A stretch of DNA of 64,000 nt from an uncultured Actinomycetes bacterium (GTDB taxonomy: Bacteria > Actinomycetota > Actinomycetes > S36-B12 > UBA10799), in assembly GCA_964474045.1 (NCBI GenBank), contig CAYYRC010000013.1:20413-84412 (forward strand), in the 5' to 3' direction. Positions 29,678 through 41,951 of this stretch are shown piece after piece. Every line of letters begins with the position of its first letter. Positions within the stretch are counted from its first letter, which is position 1. A program made the position numbers and the translations under genes. A model generated the notes under the pieces. That model ran no database searches. It saw only the letters and a program-made list of their open reading frames with translations, and was not told the DNA's origin.

Positions 29678-31282
29678 CTACTGCCCGGTGGCAGGGGCGG
29701 ACGAGCTTTCACCGGCCCCGGTGCTCGTCGTTGCCGGCTCGGTCGGGACGACGGTCGACGTGGTCGCGGGCGGCGTGGTCACCACAGCCGTGCCGCCGGG
29801 CAGGGCGGCGGCGGACTCGCGCAGCTTGTTGGCGTCGTCCACGAGGGTCTGGGCCTGCAGCGGGTCGACGGCGTTTGCGGTCAGGATCTGCTGCCCGATG
29901 GAGATGCCGTCCGCTGAGGCGCGGGTATAAGCGTCGATGAACGTGCGGTACTGGGCTGGTTGCGAGCCGGACGCGATATCGGCCAAACATGTGGTCAGGT
30001 ACTGGTCGCGCACGGGCGCGAGCTCCTGCTCGTGCAGCCGCAGCGCATCGACGTGCAGGTTGGTCTCGGGCACGAACTTCGAGATCAGCTCCAACCTGGT
30101 GGCCACCTCGGCCGGCAGGTTGTTGCTGGTCATCGCCGCGATGAGGGCCGGGCAGGCGTTGGCGGCGGCCACCGAGGAACTCGCGGAGGCCGACCCGGAC
30201 ACGACCATCGAAGGCTCGGCAGAGGGACTGACCTCAGACGTCGGGCTGCCGGCCGGGACGGGTGTCGACTGCGGAGTCCCCGAGCCCTTGAAGACGAAGA
30301 ACCAGAGCAGCGCGAAGATCGCCAGCGCGGCCAGCACCGTGACTCCGGCGATGACCAGCAGCCGGTTGCGGCTGTTGCCGGGCTTGCCGTCGCCCTCCGG
30401 GGTGACCGGCTGCCCGTACTGGTCCACACCGGGCGCTCCGTACTGCGACTGGCCGAACTGCTGGCCATAGGGGTCACCCGGCTGGCCCGGCTGCTGGCCA
30501 TAGGCGCCCTGCTGCCCATATGCCCCGGCGGCTTGCTGGGCCTGCCCGTAGGGGTTCGGCTGGCCGTAGCCGCCGGGCTGCTGCCCGTAGCCGCCGGGCT
30601 GCTGGCCATAGGGGTCGGCCGGGGCCGACGCCTGTCCATACGGATCCGGCGCTCCGCCGCCGGCCGCTGCCTGGCCATAGGGGTTCTGCTGGCCGTAGGG
30701 ATCCTGCTGAGCTTGGCCGTAGGGATTCTGCTGGCCGTAAGGGTTCTGCTGGGCTTGGCCGTAGGGGCTCTGCTGCCCATAGGGGTTCTGCTGCCCATAC
30801 GGGTCCGGCTGGCCGCCGGGGAAGCCCTGCGGCGACTGCTCCGGGACGCCGAATCCGCCTGCGGCCTGCTGCGGCTGGCCGTACGGGTTCTGCTGGCCGA
30901 AGGCGCCCGCGTCCATACCTGGCGCCGCGCCCTCGGGCGCCTGCTGGCCGAAGCCCTGCTGGCCGAAGCCGTCGGGCCCGCCCTCGGGCGCCTGCTGGCC
31001 GTAGCCGCTGGGCCCGAGGAAGGTGCCCGGACCGTGCTGCCCGAATGACCCTTGCGGCGTGGGCGGGATCGCCGACGCCGGCGCGGCGGGTCCGGGTTGC
31101 TCCACCGCGGGCGCGTCAGGGGTCGGCGTAGGCCCAGCTCCGGGTAGGCCGCCGCCGGCGCCGGGGTGCAGCTGCGTGTCCTGCGTCCACTGGGAGCCGT
31201 CCCACCACCGCAGGCCGGACGGGTTCTGTGGATCGGAGTACCAACCCGGAGCCGGTGCCGAACCGTTCGTCATTCCGGACAA
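29678..31282 (-). CDS. DUF2510-domain membrane protein with a long PYGQ-repeat linker
   Basis: 534-aa ORF. The N-terminal [21 protein letters not shown] is the DUF2510 motif. It is followed by about 150 aa of P/G/Q/Y repeats, one TM helix ([24 protein letters not shown]), and a C-terminal domain of about 190 aa. Confidence 0.7.
   Translation of the reverse strand: MSGMTNGSAPAPGWYSDPQNPSGLRWWDGSQWTQDTQLHPGAGGGLPGAGPTPTPDAPAVEQPGPAAPASAIPPTPQGSFGQHGPGTFLGPSGYGQQAPEGGPDGFGQQGFGQQAPEGAAPGMDAGAFGQQNPYGQPQQAAGGFGVPEQSPQGFPGGQPDPYGQQNPYGQQSPYGQAQQNPYGQQNPYGQAQQDPYGQQNPYGQAAAGGGAPDPYGQASAPADPYGQQPGGYGQQPGGYGQPNPYGQAQQAAGAYGQQGAYGQQPGQPGDPYGQQFGQSQYGAPGVDQYGQPVTPEGDGKPGNSRNRLLVIAGVTVLAALAIFALLWFFVFKGSGTPQSTPVPAGSPTSEVSPSAEPSMVVSGSASASSSVAAANACPALIAAMTSNNLPAEVATRLELISKFVPETNLHVDALRLHEQELAPVRDQYLTTCLADIASGSQPAQYRTFIDAYTRASADGISIGQQILTANAVDPLQAQTLVDDANKLRESAAALPGGTAVVTTPPATTSTVVPTEPATTSTGAGESSSAPATGQ
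30450..30910. repeat. low-complexity coding repeat (at least 12 copies of (N/D)PYGQ(Q/A))
   Basis: I counted 12 PYGQ units by hand in the translated protein, with degenerate 15-18-nt periodic repeats at DNA level. Coordinates are approximate. Confidence 0.7.
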
Positions 31283-31443
31283 CCTTTCGTAGTCATTGCG
31301 GCCATCTGCCGAAGCAGCCCCTCGGCCAGCCAGGGCCGCGCCACCACGCTAGTGCAGAGGCTAGCCCACGCGGCTCTCGATATCCCCAAGTTTGCCCCGC
31401 CGGCCCATATCATTCGCGGCCTGCAGCCGAACCGACCGGAAAA

Positions 31444-31484
31444 GGGGCGGGCCGGGATCCCGACGTGGGATCCCGGCCCTCCCC
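31444..31484 (-). terminator. intrinsic terminator hairpin downstream of the sugar-porter gene
   Basis: Perfect 13-bp stem GGGCCGGGATCCC (31449..31461) / GGGATCCCGGCCC (31467..31479) with loop GACGT. It is extended by GGGG/CCCC. On the minus strand it is followed by CCCCTTTTCC. Confidence 0.65.
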
Positions 31485-31506
31485 TCTTGGATGGCGTCGC
31501 CGCGCG

Positions 31507-33087
31507 TCAGGCGGTCGACATTCCCTCGAGCTCCTCCATGTCCTCGAGCTGCACGCCCTTGGTCTCCTTGACGAACTTGGAGACGTAGAAGAACGACACG
31601 AGGGCGCCCAGCGTGAACAACCCGTACGCGACACCCAGCCCGAAGTTGTCGATCAGCGGCTTGAACGACTCCGTCACGACGAAGTTGGCGATCCAGTTGG
31701 CCGCCACGGCCACCGACATCGCCGCCGCGCGAATCTTGTTCGGGAACATCTCGCCCAGCAGCACCCAGACGATCGGGCCCCACGTGGTGGCGAAGAAGGC
31801 GACGTACAGGTTGAGCATGATCACGGCGATCCAGCCGCCCGACGTCGACAAGATCGGCGAGTTGAGCTCCGAGGCCTGCGTGCAGCCCTCGGTGCCGCCG
31901 GCGTCGATGAGTGCCTGCGTACACGCAGGCGCGGCGACGAACACCCAGGTGAGGATGCCCAGCGTGGCGAACATCCCCAGCGAGCCCACGAGCAGCAGCG
32001 GCTTGCGACCGACGCGGTCGACCAGTGCGATCGCCAGGAAGGTGAAGATGACGTTCACCGCGCTGATGATCGTCGAGGTCATGAACGCCTTCTCGGCGCC
32101 GAAGCCGATTGCCGACCAGATGACGTTGGAGTAGTAGAACACGGCGTTGATGCCCACGAACTGCTGCAGGATCGCCAGGATGATGCCCACCCAGACCAGC
32201 GGCAGCAGCCCGAGCTTCGGCCCCTTGATGTCGCGCAGGCTCATCTTGTGCTCGCCGGCCAGGGACTCCTGGATCGCCGTCAGCTTGTCGGAGACGTCGT
32301 CGGCGTAGACCTGCTCCAGCACCTCCTTGGCCTCGTCGTCGCGACCCTTGGCCACGAGGAATCGCGGCGACTCCGGCAGGGTTAGCGCCAGCACCCAGTA
32401 AAGGACCGCCGGGAAGACCATGCACAGGAACATCCACTGCCAGGTCTGCAGGCCGAACCACAGGTCGTTGTTCGCCTGCACCATCGGAACCTTGGACGCC
32501 GGGTCCACCATCCCCTGGCAGCCCTCGATGACCTCGCCCGCCTGACAGACCTTCGGAGTCATGGCGATGAGCACCTGGTTGACCAGCTGGGTGGCGAAGA
32601 TGCCGAACACGATCGCCAGCTGGAACAGCGAGGACAGCCGGCCGCGCAGATGCGCCGGCGCCAGCTCGGAGATGTACATCGGCGACACCACCGCGGCGAG
32701 GCCGATGGCGAAACCGCCGACGATGCGCCAGAACATGAAGTCCAGCAGGGCGAACGGGAACGCCTGGCCAACGCCGGCGACGAGGAAGAGCACGGCCGCC
32801 AGGACCATGACCTTCTTGCGGCCCAGCTTGTCGGTCAACTGGCCACCCACGAAGGCACCCACGGCCGAGCCGAGCAGGGCGATCGCCACGGAGAAGCCCT
32901 GGAGACCGGGGTTGACGATGTCGAACTGGTGGTACACGGCCTGGTTGGCCCCATTGATGACGGAACTGTCGTAACCGAACAGGAAGCCACCCAGCGCGGC
33001 GATCACGGAGATCGTGACGACTTTGCCGAGGTGGATCGGTTCGGCCTCCTTCGGGCCACCAGTGGCTGCCCCTGGCACTCCCTGCAT
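31507..33087 (-). CDS. sugar porter family MFS transporter (sugar:H+ symporter)
   Basis: ORF 31507..33234. Motifs GFLFGYDSSVI, GRKK, PESPRFL, an ETKG-like KETKG and PMYISE. I set the start at ATG 33087, which has GGAGG 4 nt upstream. Confidence 0.9.
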   Translation of the reverse strand: MQGVPGAATGGPKEAEPIHLGKVVTISVIAALGGFLFGYDSSVINGANQAVYHQFDIVNPGLQGFSVAIALLGSAVGAFVGGQLTDKLGRKKVMVLAAVLFLVAGVGQAFPFALLDFMFWRIVGGFAIGLAAVVSPMYISELAPAHLRGRLSSLFQLAIVFGIFATQLVNQVLIAMTPKVCQAGEVIEGCQGMVDPASKVPMVQANNDLWFGLQTWQWMFLCMVFPAVLYWVLALTLPESPRFLVAKGRDDEAKEVLEQVYADDVSDKLTAIQESLAGEHKMSLRDIKGPKLGLLPLVWVGIILAILQQFVGINAVFYYSNVIWSAIGFGAEKAFMTSTIISAVNVIFTFLAIALVDRVGRKPLLLVGSLGMFATLGILTWVFVAAPACTQALIDAGGTEGCTQASELNSPILSTSGGWIAVIMLNLYVAFFATTWGPIVWVLLGEMFPNKIRAAAMSVAVAANWIANFVVTESFKPLIDNFGLGVAYGLFTLGALVSFFYVSKFVKETKGVQLEDMEELEGMSTA

Positions 33088-33323
33088 GACGCCTCCTCTG
33101 TCACGGGCGGACCCCGCTGATCTGGCGACAGTAGCGCAGCGGCCGCGGACATGTCGGAAATCGCCTGACCCGGTGAATAATGCGTGCCATCCTCGTGAAT
33201 AATGATCGCCATCCCCACGGGCCGCCAGGCTCACCCCGGACCACCGGCCGGGGGTTGAGAACCATCACGCCAGCGGCCGGACCGGGGCGTTTAGCCACCT
33301 CGAGATTCGGGAACCAACCTGCT

Positions 33324-34145
33324 GTGACCGCACCTTCGCAAACCTTCCCCGCGCAACCCCAACGGCTCTCGGCTGCGACCGACGGCCAGGGCGTCATCCT
33401 GGCTGTCGCCTACAGCTCCGACGCCCGGCAGCGCACCTCCGCCGACTTGCTCGCGCGACGCGTGGCGCATCGACTCGGGTGCCCGGTCGCCGTGGGACAG
33501 ATCCAACGGGGCACCCTGCTGGCCGACGGCAGCCTGCGCACGCTGCACGACCGAGGGGCGCGCCGCGTCGTGGTCGCGCCGGCGGTGCTCACCGCCGCCG
33601 CAGACCTGCAGCCGGGGCCCCGCACTCTGGCCCATGGGGCTGCCCTCAACATGACCTTCGCCATGGCCGAGCCGCTGGGCGGCGACCCGCTGCTGCTCTC
33701 CGGCATCCTGGAGCTGCTGAGCCGCTCTGAACGCAGCCCGCAACCGGACACGCCGGTCCGGATCGTCCTGCCGTGGACGGATGCCTCGGTGGCTGCCGAG
33801 GTGGCGCGCTCGACCTGCCGAATCACCGAGGCGGGCTGGGGTCCGGCCGAGGTTCGCGTACTGGACCCCTCCGGCGAGCTACGGCGCTGGGACCGTGACT
33901 GTGGCGCGGGCGCGCCGACCCCCAGCACCGACCCGTGCGACCTGGCCGACCGCGGCACCGGCCGGCACGGACGGCGCCGAAAGCGGATCGTGCTGCCCCT
34001 CAGCGTCCTGGCCGGGCCCTTCGCGGCCCGGGTGGCGCACTGCGCAGAGGCCGACGGCGACGAGGTGATCCAACAGACGCTGCACGCCACCGACGCCTGC
34101 ACCAGGCTCATCGCAACCCGCGTCGTGGAGGCGCGCCGACGCTGA
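33324..34145 (+). CDS. hypothetical protein, possibly a degenerate CbiX/SirB-like (chelatase-fold) protein
   Basis: ORF 33180..34145. GC3 bias supports this frame from about 33320 onward, so I place the start at GTG 33324 (uncertain). It shows two tandem halves resembling CbiX repeats (VILAVAYSSD...RRVVVAPAVL and VRIVLPW...RIVLPLSVLAGPF), but the usual His residues are absent. Confidence 0.4.
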   Translation: MTAPSQTFPAQPQRLSAATDGQGVILAVAYSSDARQRTSADLLARRVAHRLGCPVAVGQIQRGTLLADGSLRTLHDRGARRVVVAPAVLTAAADLQPGPRTLAHGAALNMTFAMAEPLGGDPLLLSGILELLSRSERSPQPDTPVRIVLPWTDASVAAEVARSTCRITEAGWGPAEVRVLDPSGELRRWDRDCGAGAPTPSTDPCDLADRGTGRHGRRRKRIVLPLSVLAGPFAARVAHCAEADGDEVIQQTLHATDACTRLIATRVVEARRR

Positions 34146-34197
34146 CGCACCACGCGGCTGGCACCGGACGTGTCCGGATAGGGCAACATGAGGGCTC

Positions 34198-35364
34198 ATG
34201 GACTTCTCCGTACCCGAGGAGCTGCAGCAGCTCCGGACATCGTTCGCCGCCTTCGTCGACCGCGAGGTCCGGCCGTTGGAAGACGAGCTGGCACCCGAGT
34301 TCTGGTCGGCCTGCCCCGACCGGGAGCTGATCGAGCAGGTGGCCGACAAGGTGCGCCGGCGCAGCGCCCAGGAGGGCTTCTACGCGGCGCACATGCCCGA
34401 AGAGGTCGGTGGCCAGGGGCTGAGCACGCTCGGGATGTCGCTGCTGGTGGAGGACGCCGCGCACAGTGGGCTGCGGCTGGCCATGCTGGCCATCTCCCCA
34501 CCCAACCCGAGCGGGCCCAGCCAGCTGCTGCTCGCACTGCCGGAGCACCTGCGCGAGCGCTATGCCCGGCCGATCGTGGCCGCGGAGTCGTCCATGTGCT
34601 TCGCCCTGACCGAGCCCGAGGCCGGTTCCGACGCCCAGGCCATCCGCACCCGGGCGGTGCCCGAGGCGGGCGGCTGGCGCATCAACGGCCACAAGCACTA
34701 CATCACCAACGGCGACAAGGCGGACGTCGCCGTGGTCTTCGCCGTGACCGATCCGGACAAGCGCGCCGCCGGCGGGATCACGGCCTTCCTGGTGCCCAGC
34801 GACCAGTTCCGCCGCGGGCCTGTGCAGTGGAACATCTCCGACACGCACCCCAGCGAGCTGTTCTTCGAGGACGCGTGGGTGCCGGACGACCATGTCATCG
34901 GCGACGTGGGGGCCGGCTTCCTGCTGGCGATGGGATTCCTCAACGCCGGGCGCGCCTACATCGGCGCCCAGGCGCTGGGGCTGGCCGAGTACGCGCTGGA
35001 CGCCGCTGTCGCCCATGCGACCAGCCGCACCGCCTTCGGCCGGCCGATCTCGAAGTTCCAGGCCGTGTCGTTCCCGCTGGCCGAGTCGAAGGCCGACATC
35101 GAGGCGATCAGGTGGCTCGTCTACCACCTGGCGTGGAGCGTCGACGAGGGCAACAGCCCGATGTTGGACGCTTCGATCGTCAAGTACTACGCCACCGAGA
35201 AGGCCTACGCGGTCGCCGATCGCGCGCTGCAGACGTTCGGCGGCATGGGCCTGCTCAAGGAGGGCCCGATCGAGCGGATCCTGCGTCACCTTCGGATGCT
35301 GCGGGTGGTCGAGGGCGCGTCCGGCATCCAGCAGCTTGTGATCGCGCGCTCGCTGGGCATGTGA
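34198..35364 (+). CDS. acyl-CoA dehydrogenase
   Basis: 388-aa ORF with ACAD motifs (CFALTEPEAGSDA, KHYITNG, catalytic-base region EGASGIQ). Confidence 0.9.
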   Translation: MDFSVPEELQQLRTSFAAFVDREVRPLEDELAPEFWSACPDRELIEQVADKVRRRSAQEGFYAAHMPEEVGGQGLSTLGMSLLVEDAAHSGLRLAMLAISPPNPSGPSQLLLALPEHLRERYARPIVAAESSMCFALTEPEAGSDAQAIRTRAVPEAGGWRINGHKHYITNGDKADVAVVFAVTDPDKRAAGGITAFLVPSDQFRRGPVQWNISDTHPSELFFEDAWVPDDHVIGDVGAGFLLAMGFLNAGRAYIGAQALGLAEYALDAAVAHATSRTAFGRPISKFQAVSFPLAESKADIEAIRWLVYHLAWSVDEGNSPMLDASIVKYYATEKAYAVADRALQTFGGMGLLKEGPIERILRHLRMLRVVEGASGIQQLVIARSLGM

Positions 35365-35455
35365 TCCGCGTCGCCCCACCGAGCCGAAAGCCCCGCCTCG
35401 ACCCGCGCGGGGATAGGCTAGGGCGATCCCACTTCCGCCGCGCGAGGGAACTCCT

Positions 35456-39043
<3,588 letters not shown>

Positions 39044-39051
39044 CAGCCTCG

Positions 39052-39228
39052 ATGTACTTCACGGACCGTGGGATCGAGGAGCTGGAGCAGCGCCGGGGCG
39101 ACGAGAGCGTCTCGCTGCTGTGGCTGGCCGAGCAGCTGCGGGTCTACGTAGACCTGCATCCCGACGACGAGGACGCAGTCGAGCGCGTGGCCACCTGGCT
39201 CGCACGCCTGGACGACGAGGACGACTGA
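39052..39228 (+). CDS. small acidic conserved protein (DUF6104-like, from memory)
   Basis: 58 codons in the frame of ORF 38296..39228, from ATG 39052, which is 8 nt after the kgd stop. Sequence: MYFTDRGIEELEQRRGDESVSLLWLAEQLRVYVDLHPDDEDAVERVATWLARLDDEDD. GC3 is high. Confidence 0.6.
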   Translation: MYFTDRGIEELEQRRGDESVSLLWLAEQLRVYVDLHPDDEDAVERVATWLARLDDEDD

Positions 39229-39256
39229 GCGCCCGGCGCTCCCCGCCTTCCGCGGA

Positions 39257-40216
39257 CTAGTCGCGGGTCAGGACGATCTTGCCGAAAACGTCGCCGGCGG
39301 CGACCGCCGCCAGACCGGCGGCGGCGTCGGACATCGGCAGCTCGCGGTCCACCAGCGGGCGCAGGCCGGTGCGCAGGCACAGGTCGATCAAGTCGGCCAG
39401 CTCCTCGCGCGTCCCCATCGTCGAGCCGATGACGGACAGCTGTTTGAAGAAGATGCGGGTCAAGTCCGCCGGCGGATTCGCCCCGGTGGTGGCGCCGCTG
39501 ATCACGATCCGACCGCCCGGGCGCAGCGACTTCACGGAGTGCTCCCAGGTGGCGGCGCCCACGGTTTCCATGACCGCGTCCACACGTTCGGGCAGTCTGG
39601 CGCCGGGAACGAACACGGCATCCGCGCCCAGTTCCAGCGCTCCCGCCGACCGTGCCTGATCGCGGCTGGTGGCCCACACCCGCAGGCCCAGCGCTCGGCC
39701 CAGGGCGATGCAGGCCGTGGCCACGCCACCGCCCACACCCTGCACCAGAATCGTCTCACCCGGCTGCAGCTGGCCACGGGTGACGAGCATGCGGTACGCG
39801 GTCAGCCATGCCGTCGGCAAGCAGGCCGCCTCGGCCCAGGACAGCTCCCGGGGCTTGGGCACCACGTTGGCCGCCGGCACGACGACGATGTCCGCGAACG
39901 TCCCCTGGAACTTCTCGCTGAGCAGCGAGCGGGCCGGGTCGAGGGTCTCGTCCGGGCCACCGCCGATGACCGAGTGCACCACCACCTCGCGACCCTGCGG
40001 GTCGATGCCCGCGGCATCGCAGCCGAGGATCATCGGGAAGGCATCGGCCGCGATGCCCACCCCGCGCAGCGTCCACAGGTCGTGGTGGTTGATGCTCGCG
40101 GCCCGCACGCGCACGGCGATCCACCCCGGCGCCAGCTCCGGCTCCGGCCGCTCCCCGACGACGAGCGCCGACAGTGGGTCGAGCGGCTCGGCCCGCGCGG
40201 CGTAGACGGCGAACAT
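39257..40216 (-). CDS. zinc-type alcohol dehydrogenase-like / quinone oxidoreductase (MDR family)
   Basis: 319-aa ORF with an MDR pattern (VRAASINHHDLW, GCDAAG) and the Rossmann motif VQGVGGGVA. Confidence 0.85.
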   Translation of the reverse strand: MFAVYAARAEPLDPLSALVVGERPEPELAPGWIAVRVRAASINHHDLWTLRGVGIAADAFPMILGCDAAGIDPQGREVVVHSVIGGGPDETLDPARSLLSEKFQGTFADIVVVPAANVVPKPRELSWAEAACLPTAWLTAYRMLVTRGQLQPGETILVQGVGGGVATACIALGRALGLRVWATSRDQARSAGALELGADAVFVPGARLPERVDAVMETVGAATWEHSVKSLRPGGRIVISGATTGANPPADLTRIFFKQLSVIGSTMGTREELADLIDLCLRTGLRPLVDRELPMSDAAAGLAAVAAGDVFGKIVLTRD

Positions 40217-40219
40217 GAT

Positions 40220-41392
40220 CTACAGCGAGATGCGGGCGACGCCGTCGGCGGTCGCCGCAGCCGAGACCGCAGCAGCAACCGAGACCGCGACGCGGCGGTC
40301 GAACGGCGACGGCACGATGTAGTCCGGCGCCACCCGGTCCCCCACTACCGCGGCGATCGCATCGGCCGCGGCAAGGTGCATGTTGGGTGTGATCTTGCGG
40401 GCCTGCACGTCCAGCGCGCCGCGGAAAAGCCCCGGGAAGGCGAGCACGTTGTTGATCTGGTTGGGGAAGTCCGACCGGCCAGTGGCCACGACCGCCGCAT
40501 ACTTGCGGGCGACTTCGGGGTGAATCTCCGGAGTCGGGTTGGCCAGCGAGAAGATGATGGCGTCGGCTGCCATCCCCGCGATCGCCGACTCCGAGATCGT
40601 GCCGCCGGAAACACCGATGAAAACATCTGCGCCGACGAGGGCCTCGGCGACGGTGCCGGTCAGGCCGCGCGGGTTGCTGGCCGCGGCCAGGGCTGCCTTG
40701 GCATCATTGAGGCCGGCGCGATCAGGGCCCAGCACCCCCTGCGAATCCACGACCACGATGTCGGCGACGCCGGCCTCGCGCAGGATCTGGGCAACGGCTG
40801 TCCCCGCGGCGCCGGCGCCGGAGATCACGGTCTTGAGCCCCGGCAGCGTCCGTCCGGTCAGGCGTGCGGCGTTCTCGAGCGCGGCGAGCACCACGATGGC
40901 GGTTCCGTGCTGGTCGTCGTGGAACACGGGGATGTCCAGGCGGTCGGCCAGCCGGCGCTCGATGTCGAAGCAGCGGGGAGCCGAGATGTCCTCCAGGTTG
41001 ACCCCGCCGTAGGCCGGCGCGATCCTCGCGACGGTCTCCACCACGTCGTCGGTGTCGGTGCAGTCAAGGCAGATCGGCACGGCGTCGACGCCGGCGAACT
41101 CCTTGAACAGCAGCGCCTTGCCCTCCATCACCGGCAGCGCAGCCGCTGGTCCGATGTCGCCGAGACCGAGCACCGCCGTGCCGTCGGTCACGATCAGCAC
41201 CGTGTTGGCCTTCCATGTGTAGGAGAAGGCCAGGGAGGGGTCGGCAGCGATCGCCTCGGACACCCGGGCCACGCCCGGGGTATAGGCCAGCGCGAGGCCC
41301 TCGCGATCGCGGATGCGCACCGTCGGGCGTACCTCGATCTTGCCGCCGCGGTGGAGCGGGAAGGCGGGATCGAGTTCGCGGTCGGCAGTCAC
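40220..41392 (-). CDS. NAD(P)-dependent malic enzyme (short form)
   Basis: ORF 40220..41407 with LALAYTPGVA, VTDGTAVLGLGDIG, FHDDQHGTA and GAGAAG motifs. I set the start at GTG 41392, which has GAGAGGAA upstream. Confidence 0.9.
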   Translation of the reverse strand: MTADRELDPAFPLHRGGKIEVRPTVRIRDREGLALAYTPGVARVSEAIAADPSLAFSYTWKANTVLIVTDGTAVLGLGDIGPAAALPVMEGKALLFKEFAGVDAVPICLDCTDTDDVVETVARIAPAYGGVNLEDISAPRCFDIERRLADRLDIPVFHDDQHGTAIVVLAALENAARLTGRTLPGLKTVISGAGAAGTAVAQILREAGVADIVVVDSQGVLGPDRAGLNDAKAALAAASNPRGLTGTVAEALVGADVFIGVSGGTISESAIAGMAADAIIFSLANPTPEIHPEVARKYAAVVATGRSDFPNQINNVLAFPGLFRGALDVQARKITPNMHLAAADAIAAVVGDRVAPDYIVPSPFDRRVAVSVAAAVSAAATADGVARISL

Positions 41393-41534
41393 GCCAGTTC
41401 CTCTCAACGGCAGTCGCGGATGCGCAGCGGGCGGCGAAGCGGCCGCAGCAGCCGCAATCCTCCCACACGGGAACGCTCAGCCGCTCACAGCGCCTGCGGC
41501 TATCGTCGGAGGAAGACCTGCGAGCGGAGGATGG

Positions 41535-41951
41535 ATGTCGGGTACCACTCGGGACGGATCGTCCGATCTCCCAGGCGGGGCCGTCGCAGCGGTGTCGCTG
41601 CAGGTGCCGCTGGGCCCAGCAGGGGTCCGCGTGGCACGCGCCGCGATCACCAGCGAGGCGGCCGCTGCCGGGCTCACCGTGGACCGGATCGACGATGCCC
41701 GGCAGATCGTCGCCGAGCTCGCGGCCCTGTGGCCAACCGCCTCCGAGGGCACCGGCAGCACCCTGCACTTGGACATCTCCACAGCACCTGGACAGCTGGG
41801 CGTCGACGCCTCGGTCACCCCTCCCGCGGAGCCCGACCTGTCATCGTTCGCGTGGACGTTGATCGAGGAGCTCGGCGAGCGCTCAGAGGTGCGCGTCGCC
41901 GGGGGCGCCACCTCGGTCGCAGCCGTGATCGGCACCTCGGTGTCGACGTGA
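41535..41951 (+). CDS. anti-sigma factor (RsbW/UsfX-like)
   Basis: The 3-prime part of ORF 41313..41951, from ATG 41535 (GGAGG 4 nt upstream), 138 aa. The pattern V.L.VP...VRVARAA......DDARQIVAEL....SSFAWTLIEELGERSEV resembles mycobacterial UsfX as I recall it. The stop overlaps the sigma-factor start (GTGA). Confidence 0.6.
   Translation: MSGTTRDGSSDLPGGAVAAVSLQVPLGPAGVRVARAAITSEAAAAGLTVDRIDDARQIVAELAALWPTASEGTGSTLHLDISTAPGQLGVDASVTPPAEPDLSSFAWTLIEELGERSEVRVAGGATSVAAVIGTSVST

Noticed and set aside
30450-30910. Periodic repeats as a possible CRISPR array or non-coding satellite
   Set aside because: The repeats are degenerate and in frame inside a long ORF with a coherent protein architecture (DUF2510, linker, TM helix, C-terminal domain). 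There are no unique spacers and no cas genes in the window.
33410-34189. 259-aa minus-strand ORF opposite the CbiX-like gene
   Set aside because: Third-position GC bias favours the plus frame. The minus-frame product is Ser/Arg-rich with no motifs. Neither product is well supported, so the plus-strand call is itself only 0.4.
39539-41947. First 800 codons of the 1072-aa plus-strand ORF 39539..42757
   Set aside because: They are antisense to the oxidoreductase and malic-enzyme genes. Only the final 269 codons, from GTG 41948, form a sigma factor with recognisable regions 2-4.
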